From NCBI GenBank assembly GCA_951406725.2, contig OX597815.1:86676001-86740000 (forward strand): DNA of 64,000 bases. The letters are read 5' to 3'. A model generated the notes under the pieces. That model made no database searches. It was not told where the DNA came from and saw nothing but the letters and a program-made list of their open reading frames with translations. This document shows positions 37,736 through 50,699 of this stretch, piece after piece (the first letter of the stretch is position 1; each line of letters opens with the position of its first letter). Origin of the DNA: Octopus vulgaris. Taxonomy: Eukaryota. The position numbers and the translations under genes are program-made.

Positions 37736-39189
37736 ATAGATAGATAGATAGATAGATAGATACATACATACATACATACATACGTACATACATACATACA
37801 TACATACATACATACATACATACATACATACATACATACATACATACATAAGTACTATGTATCTACATGCTGAAAAAGCATATTTATAAATATACATTAA
37901 TGTGTCTAGGTATATTCATATACACACATACATATCCATACATAAACATACAACCACACGGAGAAATTTAAATGTATTAAGAGAAGGAATAGTCTATTTA
38001 AATATATATATATGCATTTGATACAAAGCGCATGCACGCGCTCACATATACACAAATGTACATGTATACCTCTATACATATTCATATACATGTACAGCAT
38101 TTTTCTTTACAAAGCTACTTGCATGCTTTTTTTCTCTTTGTACTCCACCTGCACCCTATCCTGCTGTCCTGTTTCAATCATTGCAGTTTTGTTGAGTTGC
38201 TAATTTTCCTTTTTATTCACCGACTCTGCAACTATTTTCTCTATTATATGTAAATTGTCATATATATTGAGAAATATTTCAAAAGCGAATAGTGACTATT
38301 TAAATTCTATTAAATACTATCTATAATGTCAGCGAAACATGAAATCAATTATGAAATTACTGATACTGTGATTACAGAAGTGTCTACTCTATTGTTTGAT
38401 ATTGAAAACTATGTGATTTCATTATTCGTTTGCCCGTTTTAGAAATTTGTTTGACATACAGACTATAATTTGGACAAAACTCCATTTTATAATCAGATAT
38501 ATATATACGTGTGTGTGTGTGTGTGTGTGTGTGGTATTATGTATATGTGTACGTATACGTATATGTATTTGTATGTATGTATGTATCTATATATGTATAT
38601 GCATCTACGTGTATACATATTTATTTATATATACATTTATATAAACATACCTATACACACACACATATCGATAGAAATATATAAATATTTTCATACGTAC
38701 ATATAAATACATACATACATAGATAAATTCATACATACTTTTGTGTGTATGTATATATGTACAATGTATATGCATATGTATGCGTGTTTTCTTAGGGTTT
38801 ATTTAAGTTTTTCTGGAGAATTTGGGTGTGTCGCTAGGTCACTAATCTACTGGCAAAGTTGTTTTCTTCTCTCCTCAATTAAGACAGGTGTTAGGAATTT
38901 GTGGTCATTTGAATCAGTTGGGATGTATGCATATATCTTTGTTTGTGATCATTAGTGAGTTGCATTTGCCCTGTGGATATGCTTTTAACTTTAGTACACA
39001 AGTGTCTATGCTTCACATTTACACCTTAAATACACAAGTGTTTGTGCCTAACTCATACGCAAGTTTGTGTTCATGCATTTCGTACGTATATGTGAATATG
39101 TGCATATGTCAGGCCTCGGAAATTTACATGTCTGCCCTTGGAAGCTCTCAGGAGTATTTTAAATTATGTTCATGTGTTTAGCATCGGAA

Positions 39190-39760
39190 ATCCACATGGC
39201 GAATTTTTGGAACGTTATGCAAATTTTGAACGTGTCACTGATTAGTTTTATATGGAGAACACGGATTAGTTTGGATTATTCATTTTTACAGAGCCCTGTC
39301 TTTTTACATTTTTAAGTTGACCCATTGTTATGTAACCCATTGCTTATGATAATTGGTACGAGCAAGAAACTATAGTTTGGATATAAGAGTTGCAAGTTTC
39401 TTATCAGTTCTCCCATATATTTTCTCTTTTCTTACAGTTTTTTATGCAATATTCACATCAGCTAGATAGCTAATCTCTACTGTAGTACATCTTTTGCTCT
39501 CTATTCAACAGGACAATGTATTGTCTGTTGTACTGGCATCGAGTTGCTGTTTTTTTATCGGGATGTTCTTCCAATATTCTTTGTTTTCACAAGTGTGAAT
39601 GCATTCCAGTTCTAGTGCGCCTTTGGCCTTCTGATGTACCTTTGCTCTTCAGGTGTATGTATGCATATTAATTGGTTGTATTATTACTGCACTAAGATTC
39701 CTGCTATTAGTTTAATTATTGTTATAATATAGGGACCACTAACGGTACATTCGCAGACAT
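39190..39760 (-). mobile_element. degenerate RLE LINE 3' end related to 20320-21000
   Basis: ENKEYWKNIP..TTVEISYLADVN..YGELIRNLQLLYP..VPIII. Confidence 0.6.
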
Positions 39761-39879
39761 CATGTAACTAATTAATTAGAAAAAAAGATTTCTGGCTAAT
39801 TAGCTCATAGATTAAAAGTATACACGACTTATACTCTTATCTTTATGTGGTAATGCTGAATTGTCAATCAAAATCAACC

Positions 39880-40240
39880 CAGTCGAACTTGAAGTAGATA
39901 AACTAAGGTACAAGTACAGAAACATACCAGCTGTACACCACACACAATGAAGTGGAGAATCGTGGAGAATTCAATGCCACATATGAATGGATCTAAAAAA
40001 TGCAGCTTATACGTAGGCGAAAGATTGCACATTCGTTTTAGATCCAAAACTTCCATCACACTACATAATTCTAAATCCAAAATTTTCAATATATGCAAGC
40101 ATGTAAACAAATTTTTTTTGGCGAGCTTGAGCGCATCATCCATTCCAGGTTGAGAAGTTGCCTCGCAGATTTTCGACTCCTCTCCGTTGAATTATTCTTC
40201 ACCAATTTTGTGGGTGGGACGTCGAGAGGCAGACGAAGTA
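39880..40240 (+). mobile_element. PLE GIY-YIG C-terminus plus decayed hammerhead
   Basis: ORF 39947-40153 KWRIVE..P..NGSKKCSL..GE..HI..NSK..IF..CKH.NKF.L, then a CCTCTC...GACGTC-GAGAGG stem-I remnant at ~40180-40230. Confidence 0.6.
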
Positions 40241-40539
40241 GTAAAAGCTCTGGTAGGGATGATGAGTGTGTTTTAATTGGAAGGAGAATAAAGTAAGATG
40301 GGCAGGTGTTACAAAGGTTCAATTTTCATAGTCATTTTGTTTATTTATAGACATTTATCTATTTCTACTTTTATATGCCATACCCAATAAGTTTCTCTCT
40401 TCTTCACAAAAGATCATTGTAACTCATTTGGATCTAAGTTCATTTGCTCTCTTATCCGCCATTTTAACCATTGAATAACATTGAAGTATTTTACCATTCT
40501 AACACCTGTCTATTCTACTTCGTTCTACATATTCCTCCT

Positions 40540-40690
40540 TTCTTTTTCTTCTTCTTCTTCTTCTTCTTCTTCTTCTTCTTCTTCTTCTTCTTCTTCTTCT
40601 TCATCTCCTTCTTCTTCTTCTTCTTCTTCTTCTTCTTCTTTTTCTTTTTCTTTTCTTCTTCTTCTTCTTCTTCTCTTCTCTTCTCTCTTT
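40540..40690. repeat. (TTC)n microsatellite
   Basis: Direct reading. Confidence 0.9.
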
Positions 40691-40754
40691 TTATTTCTGT
40701 TTTTATTGTATCTTTTATTCTGTTTTCTTTTTGCGTTTTTTTCCTTTTTCGTTC

Positions 40755-41170
40755 ATCTTTTACTTGCTTCATTTATTAAACTGCGGCCATGCTGGAGCAC
40801 CACCTTGACGGATGGAGCCCACTACCTTTATTAAGTACTAGTGCTTTTTAAAGATTACAGTTCATTTCATCTGTCAATTTTGCCGAACCGCTATGTTATC
40901 GGTACCTAAACACACAAACACCGGTTGCCAAGCTGTGTTGGGGAACACCACACACACATGCACACACACATTTATACATACATATATATACATATACATA
41001 TAGACGCACAACGGGTTTCTTGCAGTTTCCGTCTACCAAATCCACTCACAAGGCTTTGGCCAGCCCCAAGCCATGATAGAAAACATATGACCAAGGTGCC
41101 ATGCAGTGGGACTGAACCCCAAGCGGTACGGTTGTGAAGCATACTTCTTATCACGAACCATTCCTACAGC
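40755..41170 (-). mobile_element. diverged family A SINE
   Basis: Reverse match to 55607-56030. Confidence 0.75.
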
Positions 41171-41436
41171 TCTCTATTTTTCTGTTCTCCTTTTAATTCC
41201 CGTTTTCACTTTATCTCATTCCCCTCCATCAACACACCCTGCGACAGTAAGCCTATGCATATATATATTCATATACGTTTATGCGCAAATTCCATCAGTC
41301 GTTACATGCCTGGAGACTCCTTGCACCCACTGAGGGAAAGCAGAATAGCAAGACACAAGTGTTTTCTACTATAGCCTCCAGCCGACCAAACCTTGTGAGC
41401 GGATTTGGTAGACGGAAGCTTAAAGAAGCCCGTCAC

Positions 41437-41470
<34 letters not shown>

Positions 41471-41524
41471 ATACATGTATACATGCATATATATATATAT
41501 ATAAACATACACACGCAAGTAAGC

Positions 41525-43940
41525 AGTCCTTCAGGTTGGTAGCTGTTTACGCTCCTAGTGAGTGCAGACAAGCGGGGTTTTTTTTCGAGACCTGGAGAGT
41601 TTTCTGTTGATGTCAAAAACTTTAGTTTTAGCAGGAGACTTTAACGCTATTCCCGACACACGGGTGGATAGTGTTGGCTCGCTTGATAGAAGGGAAAATC
41701 TTGGCCTTAAAAGGCTACTAGGGAGCTATAACCTAGTAGACCGATTTAGACTGGATGAACTGCTCGTTCCACAGTGGAGTGAACTAATAACGACGGTTCA
41801 TACAGATCTTATTTAGATAGGCTATTCGTTAGAAAGAGAGAGAGAGGAATACGGTTAGTTGTCCACGCTTTGTTGTGTCCCTTACTTACACAGATCACAA
41901 ATTTGTGACGTGTGAGATGCACCTAGTTAAGTGTCATAGACAGGAAGCAGGGTACTGGAGGATGAACAAGTCTATTTTGAGTTGTAAAACCTTCCATACC
42001 CGGGTTAAGGTGTTAAGACACTTTATGTGGCACCATCATTAATAATAGATAGTGGTGCGCCCTCAAGTGAACCATTCGTTCTGAATGTCTTAGATCTAGT
42101 AGCCAGCTAAGTTTAGAGAAGACTAGAATAGAAGAGAATCTAATTAAGGAATTAGAGGGGGGCATGGAATATGGCTCTTCATCCAGAATGATAGCGGTGA
42201 GAGCGGTGTTATTCCATCATCTCAAAGCCAAACACGAAGGGTGTAGATTCAGGGCTAAGTTACATGCGGTAGGTAGAGAAGGTATTAACGTTACGGGATC
42301 GGCATGTCGTGTAGAAAGTCGGAGAGGCAGAGAAGCCTCTATAAAGTCTTTGATTGACGATCAGGGCGTATGATCAAAGGGCAGGATGAGATGCAAAAGG
42401 CTTTTCACCAGCATTTCGCCCGGTTGTTTAGGGGAGCAGATTGCTGGACCGTCAGGAGATCAAGCGTTCGGTTCGTCAACGGTGTCCCCTGTCTCCACTT
42501 CTGTATGTACTGACTCTTGAGTCATTGCTGCAGAGGCTGGAGATTTTGGGGGCATCCCCAATGAAATCGGATGTGGTAAGTCTGTTTCTGCATATTCGTA
42601 TGACGTCAACATCATCGTGTCCAATGGTGCTCAGCTGCCTTGTGTAGAGGATGTAATTAAAGGATACGAGACGTTGGCACGGGCAAAAGTTAGCAAGAAC
42701 AAGTCCATCGGTTTGTGGCTTGGCACCTGGAGCGGCAAGCCGATAACATCCAATGTCATGGGGCACTGGTTGGATGGTCCTATTAAGTTGCTTGGAGTTT
42801 GGTTTGGACCAGATTCCCAGACGGAGAAGAATTGGAGTAAGGTAGCAGGTAGGGTGGAGGCCCTAGTACGGACCTTGTCTGGAAGAGCGCTGTCCCTTTC
42901 AGGTAGGGCGGAAGTGGTGCAGGTCTATTACGACGCACCGTCTGACCGTTGTTATTTGCCCTGATTCGTGGCTATGCAAGTTGGTGCGACATCTCTTCCG
43001 CTTTTTTAGATGGGAAAACTGCTTGTGAGGCGCTCCGTATGCTGACAAGAACCGCTAAAGGGTAGGTTGGAGATGCCGTGACTATTGATGTGCAGGCATG
43101 CACTGAGGCTAAGGCACCTCTAGCTCTACCTGGATGGTGGCCACGTGTGGAATTCGGTTGCAGGGGAATTCTTTCTACAACCAGCCTCCTTGGAGAAATT
43201 TACACCTGATTTGATTCAAAGATAGAATACGATTGAATGGCAAAGGGAATGCCAAAAGGCACTCGCGCTAATCCACAGGGCGGGCAAGGCCGGCAGCGGG
43301 AATACCACCTCTGTATTTTATAAAGGGATGGTAGATTATAAGAGCGATGACGTCCAAGGAGAGGCTCTAGGGTTCGATAAGAACCAGCTAGCCAACCTGT
43401 TTCAAAAACTCCTCCAGGCCGGGATATTTGGATAATTACCAAAGATCCCTGACCTGGCAGTGTTACAGGGATGCGTTACCTGTCCGCGATAAATTGTCGA
43501 GGCACAGAATATCAGTGCCACCGACATGCACAAGGTGCCAGCAGGACAATGAAACTTTCCTGTACGCTCTTATACTGTGCCCGGAGCCTTTGGGCTTGAT
43601 AATTTACGTAGAACACGTACTGTCGCACCTGGGAAGAGTGCACCTATCAGCTGAGTTTGTGATAAAGATTGTCCCGCCAACCGGGTAATCAGAGGAAGGA
43701 TTATAAAGGGAGGTGAGGCATGTTTTCTGTGTACCGTCGCAGTAATGAAAGGGTGTGCATGGAGAACCAGAATGCAAGGAATCGTGACAGGATACTTCAT
43801 CTCCGGCCCTGGTTTGCTATTCTACTTCAGGTATGATGTGAAGATCAAAATACGGCTGGAGAGAAGACACCTGTCGTGAAGTATATATGAGAAAAGATGG
43901 AAGGATATTCTGAGGAAGTTGGGACTGACTGTTCCTAATT
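41525..43940 (+). pseudogene. degenerate Tx1/L1-clade ORF2 (APE endonuclease, partial RT, C-terminal zinc-binding region) with an internal deletion
   Basis: LVAVYAP, LAGDFN, TDHK, GYWRMN, RSVRQRCPLSPLLYVL, IKLLGVWF, LSLSGRA, LPVRDKL..CTRC...ET; RT N-terminal motifs missing near 42440. Confidence 0.88.
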
Positions 43941-44381
43941 AATTCCACCCATTGTGGAAGCGGGGTGCATTCGCTGGTCTTCCAATCATATTTTGTGAAA
44001 ATAAGTTTGTGAAAATTTTTTAAATATGATTCATCGAATTTTTAAATATAAGCTCACTTAGCACATTTATATGATTTCTGTCGACTCCCTCATTCCTAAC
44101 AGACACTACTCCTTGTTCTTTCGTGCCTTAGATATACAAAGATTTGATAAAACTAATCTATAAATTAAAAATGACCCCATAAAATAGTGACAAGCAAAAT
44201 CTGTAACGAGTCTTTCTTCCTGATACCTTAGTATCTTCTAAACTTAAGTGAAGGCAGTATGTTCTTTCTCTATCTCCTTACCTTCTTCGAGATTTTAGGT
44301 AAAATCACACTAATGTATCCATCTGTTTGAATTTACTTAAATTCTATGTATTTACGCAGCTGAGGATTGCTCTGCATTTAA

Positions 44382-44636
44382 ATTGATGTAATGATTACAT
44401 TGTTCAATTAAATGGAGTTGCTTGAAACGATCTCCCATCACGACTTAACAACCGGTATTGGTGTGTTTACGTCCCCGTAACCTAATGGTTCGGCAACAGA
44501 GACCGATAGAATAAGTACCAGGCCTGCGAAATATGTCTTAGGGTCGAGTTGCTTGACTAAAATCCTCCTCCAAGACGGTGCTCCATTATGGCCGCAGTCA
44601 ACTGAATGAAATAAATAAATGAATAAAAGAGTAAAA
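44382..44636 (+). repeat. 255-bp segment (flank plus SINE 3' half) duplicated at 47774-48028
   Basis: Two mismatches seen by eye. Confidence 0.9.
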
Positions 44637-44638
44637 AA

Positions 44639-44696
<58 letters not shown>

Positions 44697-46449
44697 TTCT
44701 TACTGTTTAATACCAGTATTGATTTGTTAACGTTCTCGTAATATGGCGATTGGGTTAAAGAACACGATAAAATAAACAACAGTTGTAAAATATGTATCGG
44801 TGCCAACTTGAATGAGTAAAACCTTCAGTGCTGTATCTATTTTAAGCAATTTAAGCAATTTAAATAAGTCATAACTACAGACATCGCGCAAACACGCACA
44901 TACTTTTTTTTTCCGTAAAGAGAGTGGAGATTAGAGATTACTTTTGCCACGTTTATGTGGTTTGTATTCTTGTAGTATGATTGTGGCGGGCGCTTGATAT
45001 CACGCTGATTTCAAGTATCTTAAGGAACTGTGCAACTTGTGCGATTGGAAGTCCGTGTGTTGGACCATGTCACTGAAAGTTTCAGTATTCTGGAGGCATC
45101 CTTATCGGAATATATGTATGTATGTATTTATGCATGCATGCATGTATGTATGTATCTTTGTATATTTATATATGTGTGCCGGATGAGGGAGGGTCGCTTA
45201 GTTAACTAACACAGATTACGAAGCAGATGTCGAATATGAAAAGCATCTTTTCTCTCAATTCACTTCTCTTCGCAGATGAGTTTTAACGTATACCCTCCAC
45301 CATTGCGCTTTCTGAATTTTCAGAACGATGGTGAGGTTACATACATATCGGCGTCAACTTGATTGAGTAAATCCTTCAATGATGTGCTCCACTCTGTCTG
45401 TGCTCTGTTTTAAACAATTTAAACGATACATGATAATATACATCGCGCACACACGCGCACACATACGCACACATTTGTTTTTTCTGTAAAGAGTATGGAG
45501 ATTAGTGAGCTTTCCTTGTTGAGATGGTATTATTAAATTTACAGTATTATTGGTGATATATTCAGTTAAAGGAACAGAAGCAAATGTAAGAAAATATGAA
45601 ATATTAATAAGGAAGTTTAGTTGGAATTCAGATCTGAGTTTTAAAGCTCATATAAATTGTGAACTTTAATGAAAATAATTAATGGATATGTAGAATGGAA
45701 TTTGACAGTAAGTATGTGTGCGTATGATGTGTTATTGTATATTTTCTTCATTTACGTTCCATTATATTTTATCCTAAACATCTAGTTTGTTTCCATTTAC
45801 ATAATGTGTAACTTTACCTGGAGTACAGTATATCTTAATTCTCAAGATTGATAATAGGATAGCTTGACACAGTACGAATTGAAGTATGTATGTGTGTTTG
45901 TGAATATTATTTGTGTATGTATGCGTGTATAGACTGGATTGAACAAGTAAACAAAATGTGGAACTTCTGCTATTTTGGCTTGAATACATTATGTGCACGA
46001 CCTGGTGTGCGTGTGAACGTGTGCATGTGAATTTATGTGCATGAATATGTCTGACAAAATTCCTATGTGTACGTGTGTATGTTGGTGCCGTTATCAATGG
46101 TTTCAGAATAATATATCAACCACTTCTAAATCAGTCGAGCGGGATATTTCTATACTTTAGGCCGCTCAGCTATGCACCTAAATTTCCGTACTAAAACAAA
46201 TACCATTCTCCTTAACAAACCATGCTTCCTGTCTTTATATTCCTCTTTATCTCTAACTCGCATTCATCCCCCCCCCCCCCACCACCATACTTTGTATTTT
46301 AACTATTTGTTTATTTATTTCTCTTATATTTCTGAAGAGTGTTGTAGTTCGCTTCAAGCATTGCAGTACAGAAGTAGAATATTGAATGAAATGAGAAATA
46401 AAGAAAACTTCTAACAATGCGCAAAGTTCAAAATCCTTTATATTTCGGG

Positions 46450-47460
46450 CGCAAGAACGAAAACAGTCAAAGAAATGTGTATTTACATAGATCCTGCCAT
46501 TTTGGATAGTCCGGTGTTTGTGTTAGTAGCATCAGATCCTCAAATGCTGTTGTTGTTGGTGCTGGAGAGGTCACATTGGGAACGATTGTGTAGGGGACGG
46601 TGAAGACCGGTTGTAGGTTAGCAGAGTATTTGTAGCGGCGAATATGGTGCTGGTAGGTAGGTAACAGTGTTCTAATCCCCAGCGTAATGATTATAAAGTT
46701 GGCGATGGCCGCAATGATACGGGTAGTGTTTTGTAGTATTTTTATAGTTTTCACAGGCCCAACTGCAATCGACAATTGATTTCGGATTAAGTCGGTGCCT
46801 CAGTACGGATTCCTTTATATGGAGATTTCCTGTAGTCCTCTCTGAGGCCAGTATGGATACGTCTGTCTCCTTGGTGGTGTTGCCGCATTTGGTTAAGTGC
46901 TTGCGGAAAGAAGACGCGTTGGTAGTCAGGTGCTCCTTCAGTGGGACGTAGAGCGGTCAGACCGTACTATCGGTGTAGTAGTTGCTGCATTTGGAGCACC
47001 GTATCTTGTACACCGCGTATGCACGTAGACATTTGTTTTTGTCACGTATAAGACAGTTTACCAATGTGCAGGGCTACGACTCGGCATTTAACCTCCTCGT
47101 TGAAAGTATCTACGCAAGGACGGTCCCGAGTGAGCTAACAGAATGTTGATGTCTTCCCGGCGGATTGCCTTGCGAGTGGCAGAGGTGGTATTTTCACTAA
47201 AGTGGGGAATCCTCAGAAAGTAGATCCTAGATAGATTTCTCTTGCTACGTTTATTTGGATTGTATTCGTGTAGGATACAGAGCGCTTGATATCCATTGAT
47301 TCCAAGTATTTTAAGGAACTGTGCAACTTGTGCTCCCGGGCTGGCGCTGCCACTACGTCTCTTGTGTATACGGGTGATCTAATTTTGCATGTAGCCGGTT
47401 TTAGCTTTGATGGGGAAGGCAGATATGTAACCAAAAAAGATGTCTCGGCAGGCTGACAAC
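46450..47460 (-). mobile_element. PLE fragment with degenerate GIY-YIG endonuclease
   Basis: Minus strand ~46790-47025: AVYKIRCSKCSNYYTDSTV*PLYVPLKEH..FRKHL..C..ILASE..LHIKE..LNP. Confidence 0.75.
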
Positions 47461-47461
47461 G

Positions 47462-47590
47462 CCATATGCCCACGGTTATATATACCGTAGTGGTTAAGAG
47501 CGCGGGCTACTAACCCCAAGATTTCGAGTTCGATTCCAGGCAGTGACCTGAATAATAATAATAGTAATAATAATAATAATAATAATAAGT
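47462..47590 (+). other. tRNA-like Pol III head plus (AAT)n, same module as 5299-5445
   Basis: CGTAGTGGTTAAG (A-box-like), GGGCTACTAACCC (anticodon-arm-like), GAGTTCGATTCC (B box). Confidence 0.7.
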
Positions 47591-48042
47591 TGCATATATA
47601 ACACCTTGAATTTACGCTTAAACTCGTAAAACATTTAGTATAAGTTTGTTACAATAAAACATTTGGGGCAATAAAACATACAATGACACAATAAACGACG
47701 AATTAAAATTCCAGAGAAATGTACATAGAAGATAAATATACAAGTTTACAAAAATACATAAAAGTTCATTTACATTGATGTAATGATTACATTGTTCAAT
47801 TAAATGGAGTTGCTTGAAACGATCCCCCATCACGACTTAACAACCGGTATTGGTGTGTTTACGTCCCCGTAACCTAATGGTTCGGCAACAGAGACCGATA
47901 GAATAAGTACCAGGCCTGCGAAATATGTCTTAGGGTCGAGTTGCTTGACTAAGATCCTCCTCCAAGACGGTGCTCCATTATGGCCGCAGTCAACTGAATG
48001 AAATAAATAAATGAATAAAAGAGTAAAAGTTTGTTATTTATT

Positions 48043-48231
48043 TAAAATATGCGCTTATCTCTCTTACGCGTAACGTAAATAATATAAATGTTGTATCTAA
48101 ATATTGTATCTGAAGTTGTTTTCGATTTTCTTCCATAATTTGTCTTACGAAATAATGTAAATGTGTGTATAATATATTATGTTTTCAATTTCGTTCCATA
48201 GATAACGCTTTAAATACGTAGACCGTGGAAA
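48043..48231. repeat. 189-bp segment with a near-perfect inverted copy at 52684-52872
   Basis: Reverse-complement match with one mismatch seen by eye. Confidence 0.9.
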
Positions 48232-49804
48232 TTAATATGAAACATATCATATATTTAAAATTGACACTCCCCTCGTCAGGATGTTTTATACGCACAACAC
48301 ATAATATACGGGAACAAATGCACAATTACATACCGGCTATATTCAAAAACGAGACATTACGTACTCCCCTATGTGTAAGTATGTATATACATATGTATGC
48401 GTGTATGTATGTATATTTATATATGTGTGAAGGATGAGAGAGGGTCGCTTATTTAACTAACACAGATTACGAAACAGGTGTCGAATATAAAAAGCATCTT
48501 TTCTCTCAACTCACTTCTTTTCGCAGGTGAGTTTTAATGTATACCCTCCACCATTGGGATTCCTGAATTTTCAGAACGATGGTGAGGTTACATCCTAGCC
48601 ATAATCACTGCTTCTTCGGAGCAATACACCAGCTGGATAGATTTTGCTGCTATTTCTTGTAAATCTACATAGAGTCCCCTCTTTCGATTCATTAATCCAA
48701 TCTTATTAGTAAATACTGGTGTCGCCTATATTAAAAGTTGTAAGAATACTAAGCTAGCGAGATCTGTAGTGATTTGAATTAATTGCCTTTAGGTACATAT
48801 CTTGTTCTTTTATCGTTGTACGATAAATCCATGGTGATTGATGATACTTTTCAAACTTTTGTGGGCGATAATTAAAAGCCAATAATTCATTCAGGCAATT
48901 CAATCGTTCACATCCCTTTACTATCGAAATTTACCTTGCAGCAAGTCAAAAGGATTTAATGTCAGACATTGGAATTCGGTCTCCTATACTATCAGAATAT
49001 ACATTTCTGACGAAACATAAGATTCTAGTTATCAAAGCTTCTATTTTATAGGCCTCTTGCTATAGATGCATTATCTCTTCTTATCGCTCTCTCTCTCTTT
49101 ATCTCTCTCTCTCTCTCTCTTGATTTATTAAATGTTCTGTGGATTTCTTTTAGAAGTTAAGATAAGTTACCGTCAAAGCTATCTACCATACGCGGCGTAG
49201 AATTTTCGTTCCCCTCCACCACAACCTGATCTCTTCATTTTCCGTCCACCCTTACCACCACGAGAGGTTTCACATTCGCACTTAAATCCATATGTAAGCA
49301 GTTGTATGAAATAATGCTAACTAGTCAAAATTATGTTGAATAAATCACTGCCTGAGTTTCTAGGGCTCGTGCTAGTTGTTAACTGTTACAAACAGCAGTG
49401 GAAAGTTACCACCCTGCTATAATGCAAACCTTTATTTGACCTACTTCAATGTTACAACGTGTACGAGATAGAAAACATATGGTCCGGCAGGAAGGCGCAC
49501 TGCATTTACTATACTGAAATCCGAACGGCAGGATCGAGAATGTGGAATATACATTATTAGGCGGACAAATTGCAACAGCGTCCCGTGTCCTTCGTTGGCA
49601 TTGCCACAAAAGAAGTATTTTAGCAAAATCAGACCAGTAAGCAAGTAATTTCAATGATCGGACAATGAGTTTAAGAGCCCCGTCAGAAAGGGATTTTAAG
49701 CTACTTTCAATAGTGCTTACATCCCTGTGCTATGGCAAAGAACGAGTTCTATGGTACTCTGCAAATGATCGTATACAGTGTACTTTAATGAGAAGAGATG
49801 TAAT

Positions 49805-50020
49805 TATGGTTTCAAATTTAAGGACACGGCCAGCAAATTCGAGGGATGGGCTAAGTCGATGTAATCGACCCCAGCGCTTAACTGGTATTTATTTTATCGA
49901 TCTCAAAATGATGAAAGGCAAAGACGATCCCAGCAACATTTGATCTCAGAACATAAAGACGGACGAAAGGCCGCTAAGCATTTTACCCGGAGTGCTAGCT
50001 ATTCTGCCAACTCACCGCCT
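49805..50020 (-). mobile_element. diverged family B SINE
   Basis: Matches 16460-16672. Confidence 0.7.
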
Positions 50021-50699
50021 TAAAAAGAGAGTGATGATAATAATGAACAATTTTAATACCCACGTTAGAAAAGAGAAGAAACCCAGTGTTACTAACAAGC
50101 GTAATGTTAAAAGCCTAACACAAATTGAGGAGTTTTCACATTATTGTCCAAGCAAAACGTCATCCTTAATAGTACAATCTAATTGAAAAAAAAAACGGAA
50201 ATTGATCCGAATGCATCAGTGCTAAAACCACTAACATCTATTAGAAACTAGTGGGCTACAACATACGTAGGTAATAGGACAGAGAGGATGTGTATACTAT
50301 ACGGTGCTCTGTGTAACACAGACCACCAAATGCTTCGATGAAATTTGCTCCTAAACTAAATATGACCGAATTTCGAAGCTCATTGATCCGCCACGGAGAT
50401 TTGGGGAATGAGTATATAAGGGTGATTCTAGAAAAGTACTTTGATGAAACACTAGAATAATGAGAAGCACAATAAAAACCAGGAAGTATGAATGCAAGAT
50501 TGTGTTCCAAACCACTATATATAACAACAAAACAAAGGTGCTTAAGAAACAAGAAACTATCAAGTAAGACTTGACTGTGGGGTTACAACACTTGCTTCAT
50601 TGTTAGAAGAAGTTAACCAGTGTTGACAGAAATGTCTCCCTCTTCCTAACACTTGGCCAACTTCTTGTAAATTCAGAGAAGCAAAGTTGAGCCTACAAC

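Noticed and set aside
46480-46545. Hammerhead at the 3' end of the PLE fragment (GGAT-CTGATGC...)
   Set aside because: A9, stem II and GAAA are not recognisable; not counted
47480-47550. Functional tRNA-Ser(ACT) gene
   Set aside because: Acceptor and T stems do not pair properly; it recurs as part of a repeat followed by (AAT)n
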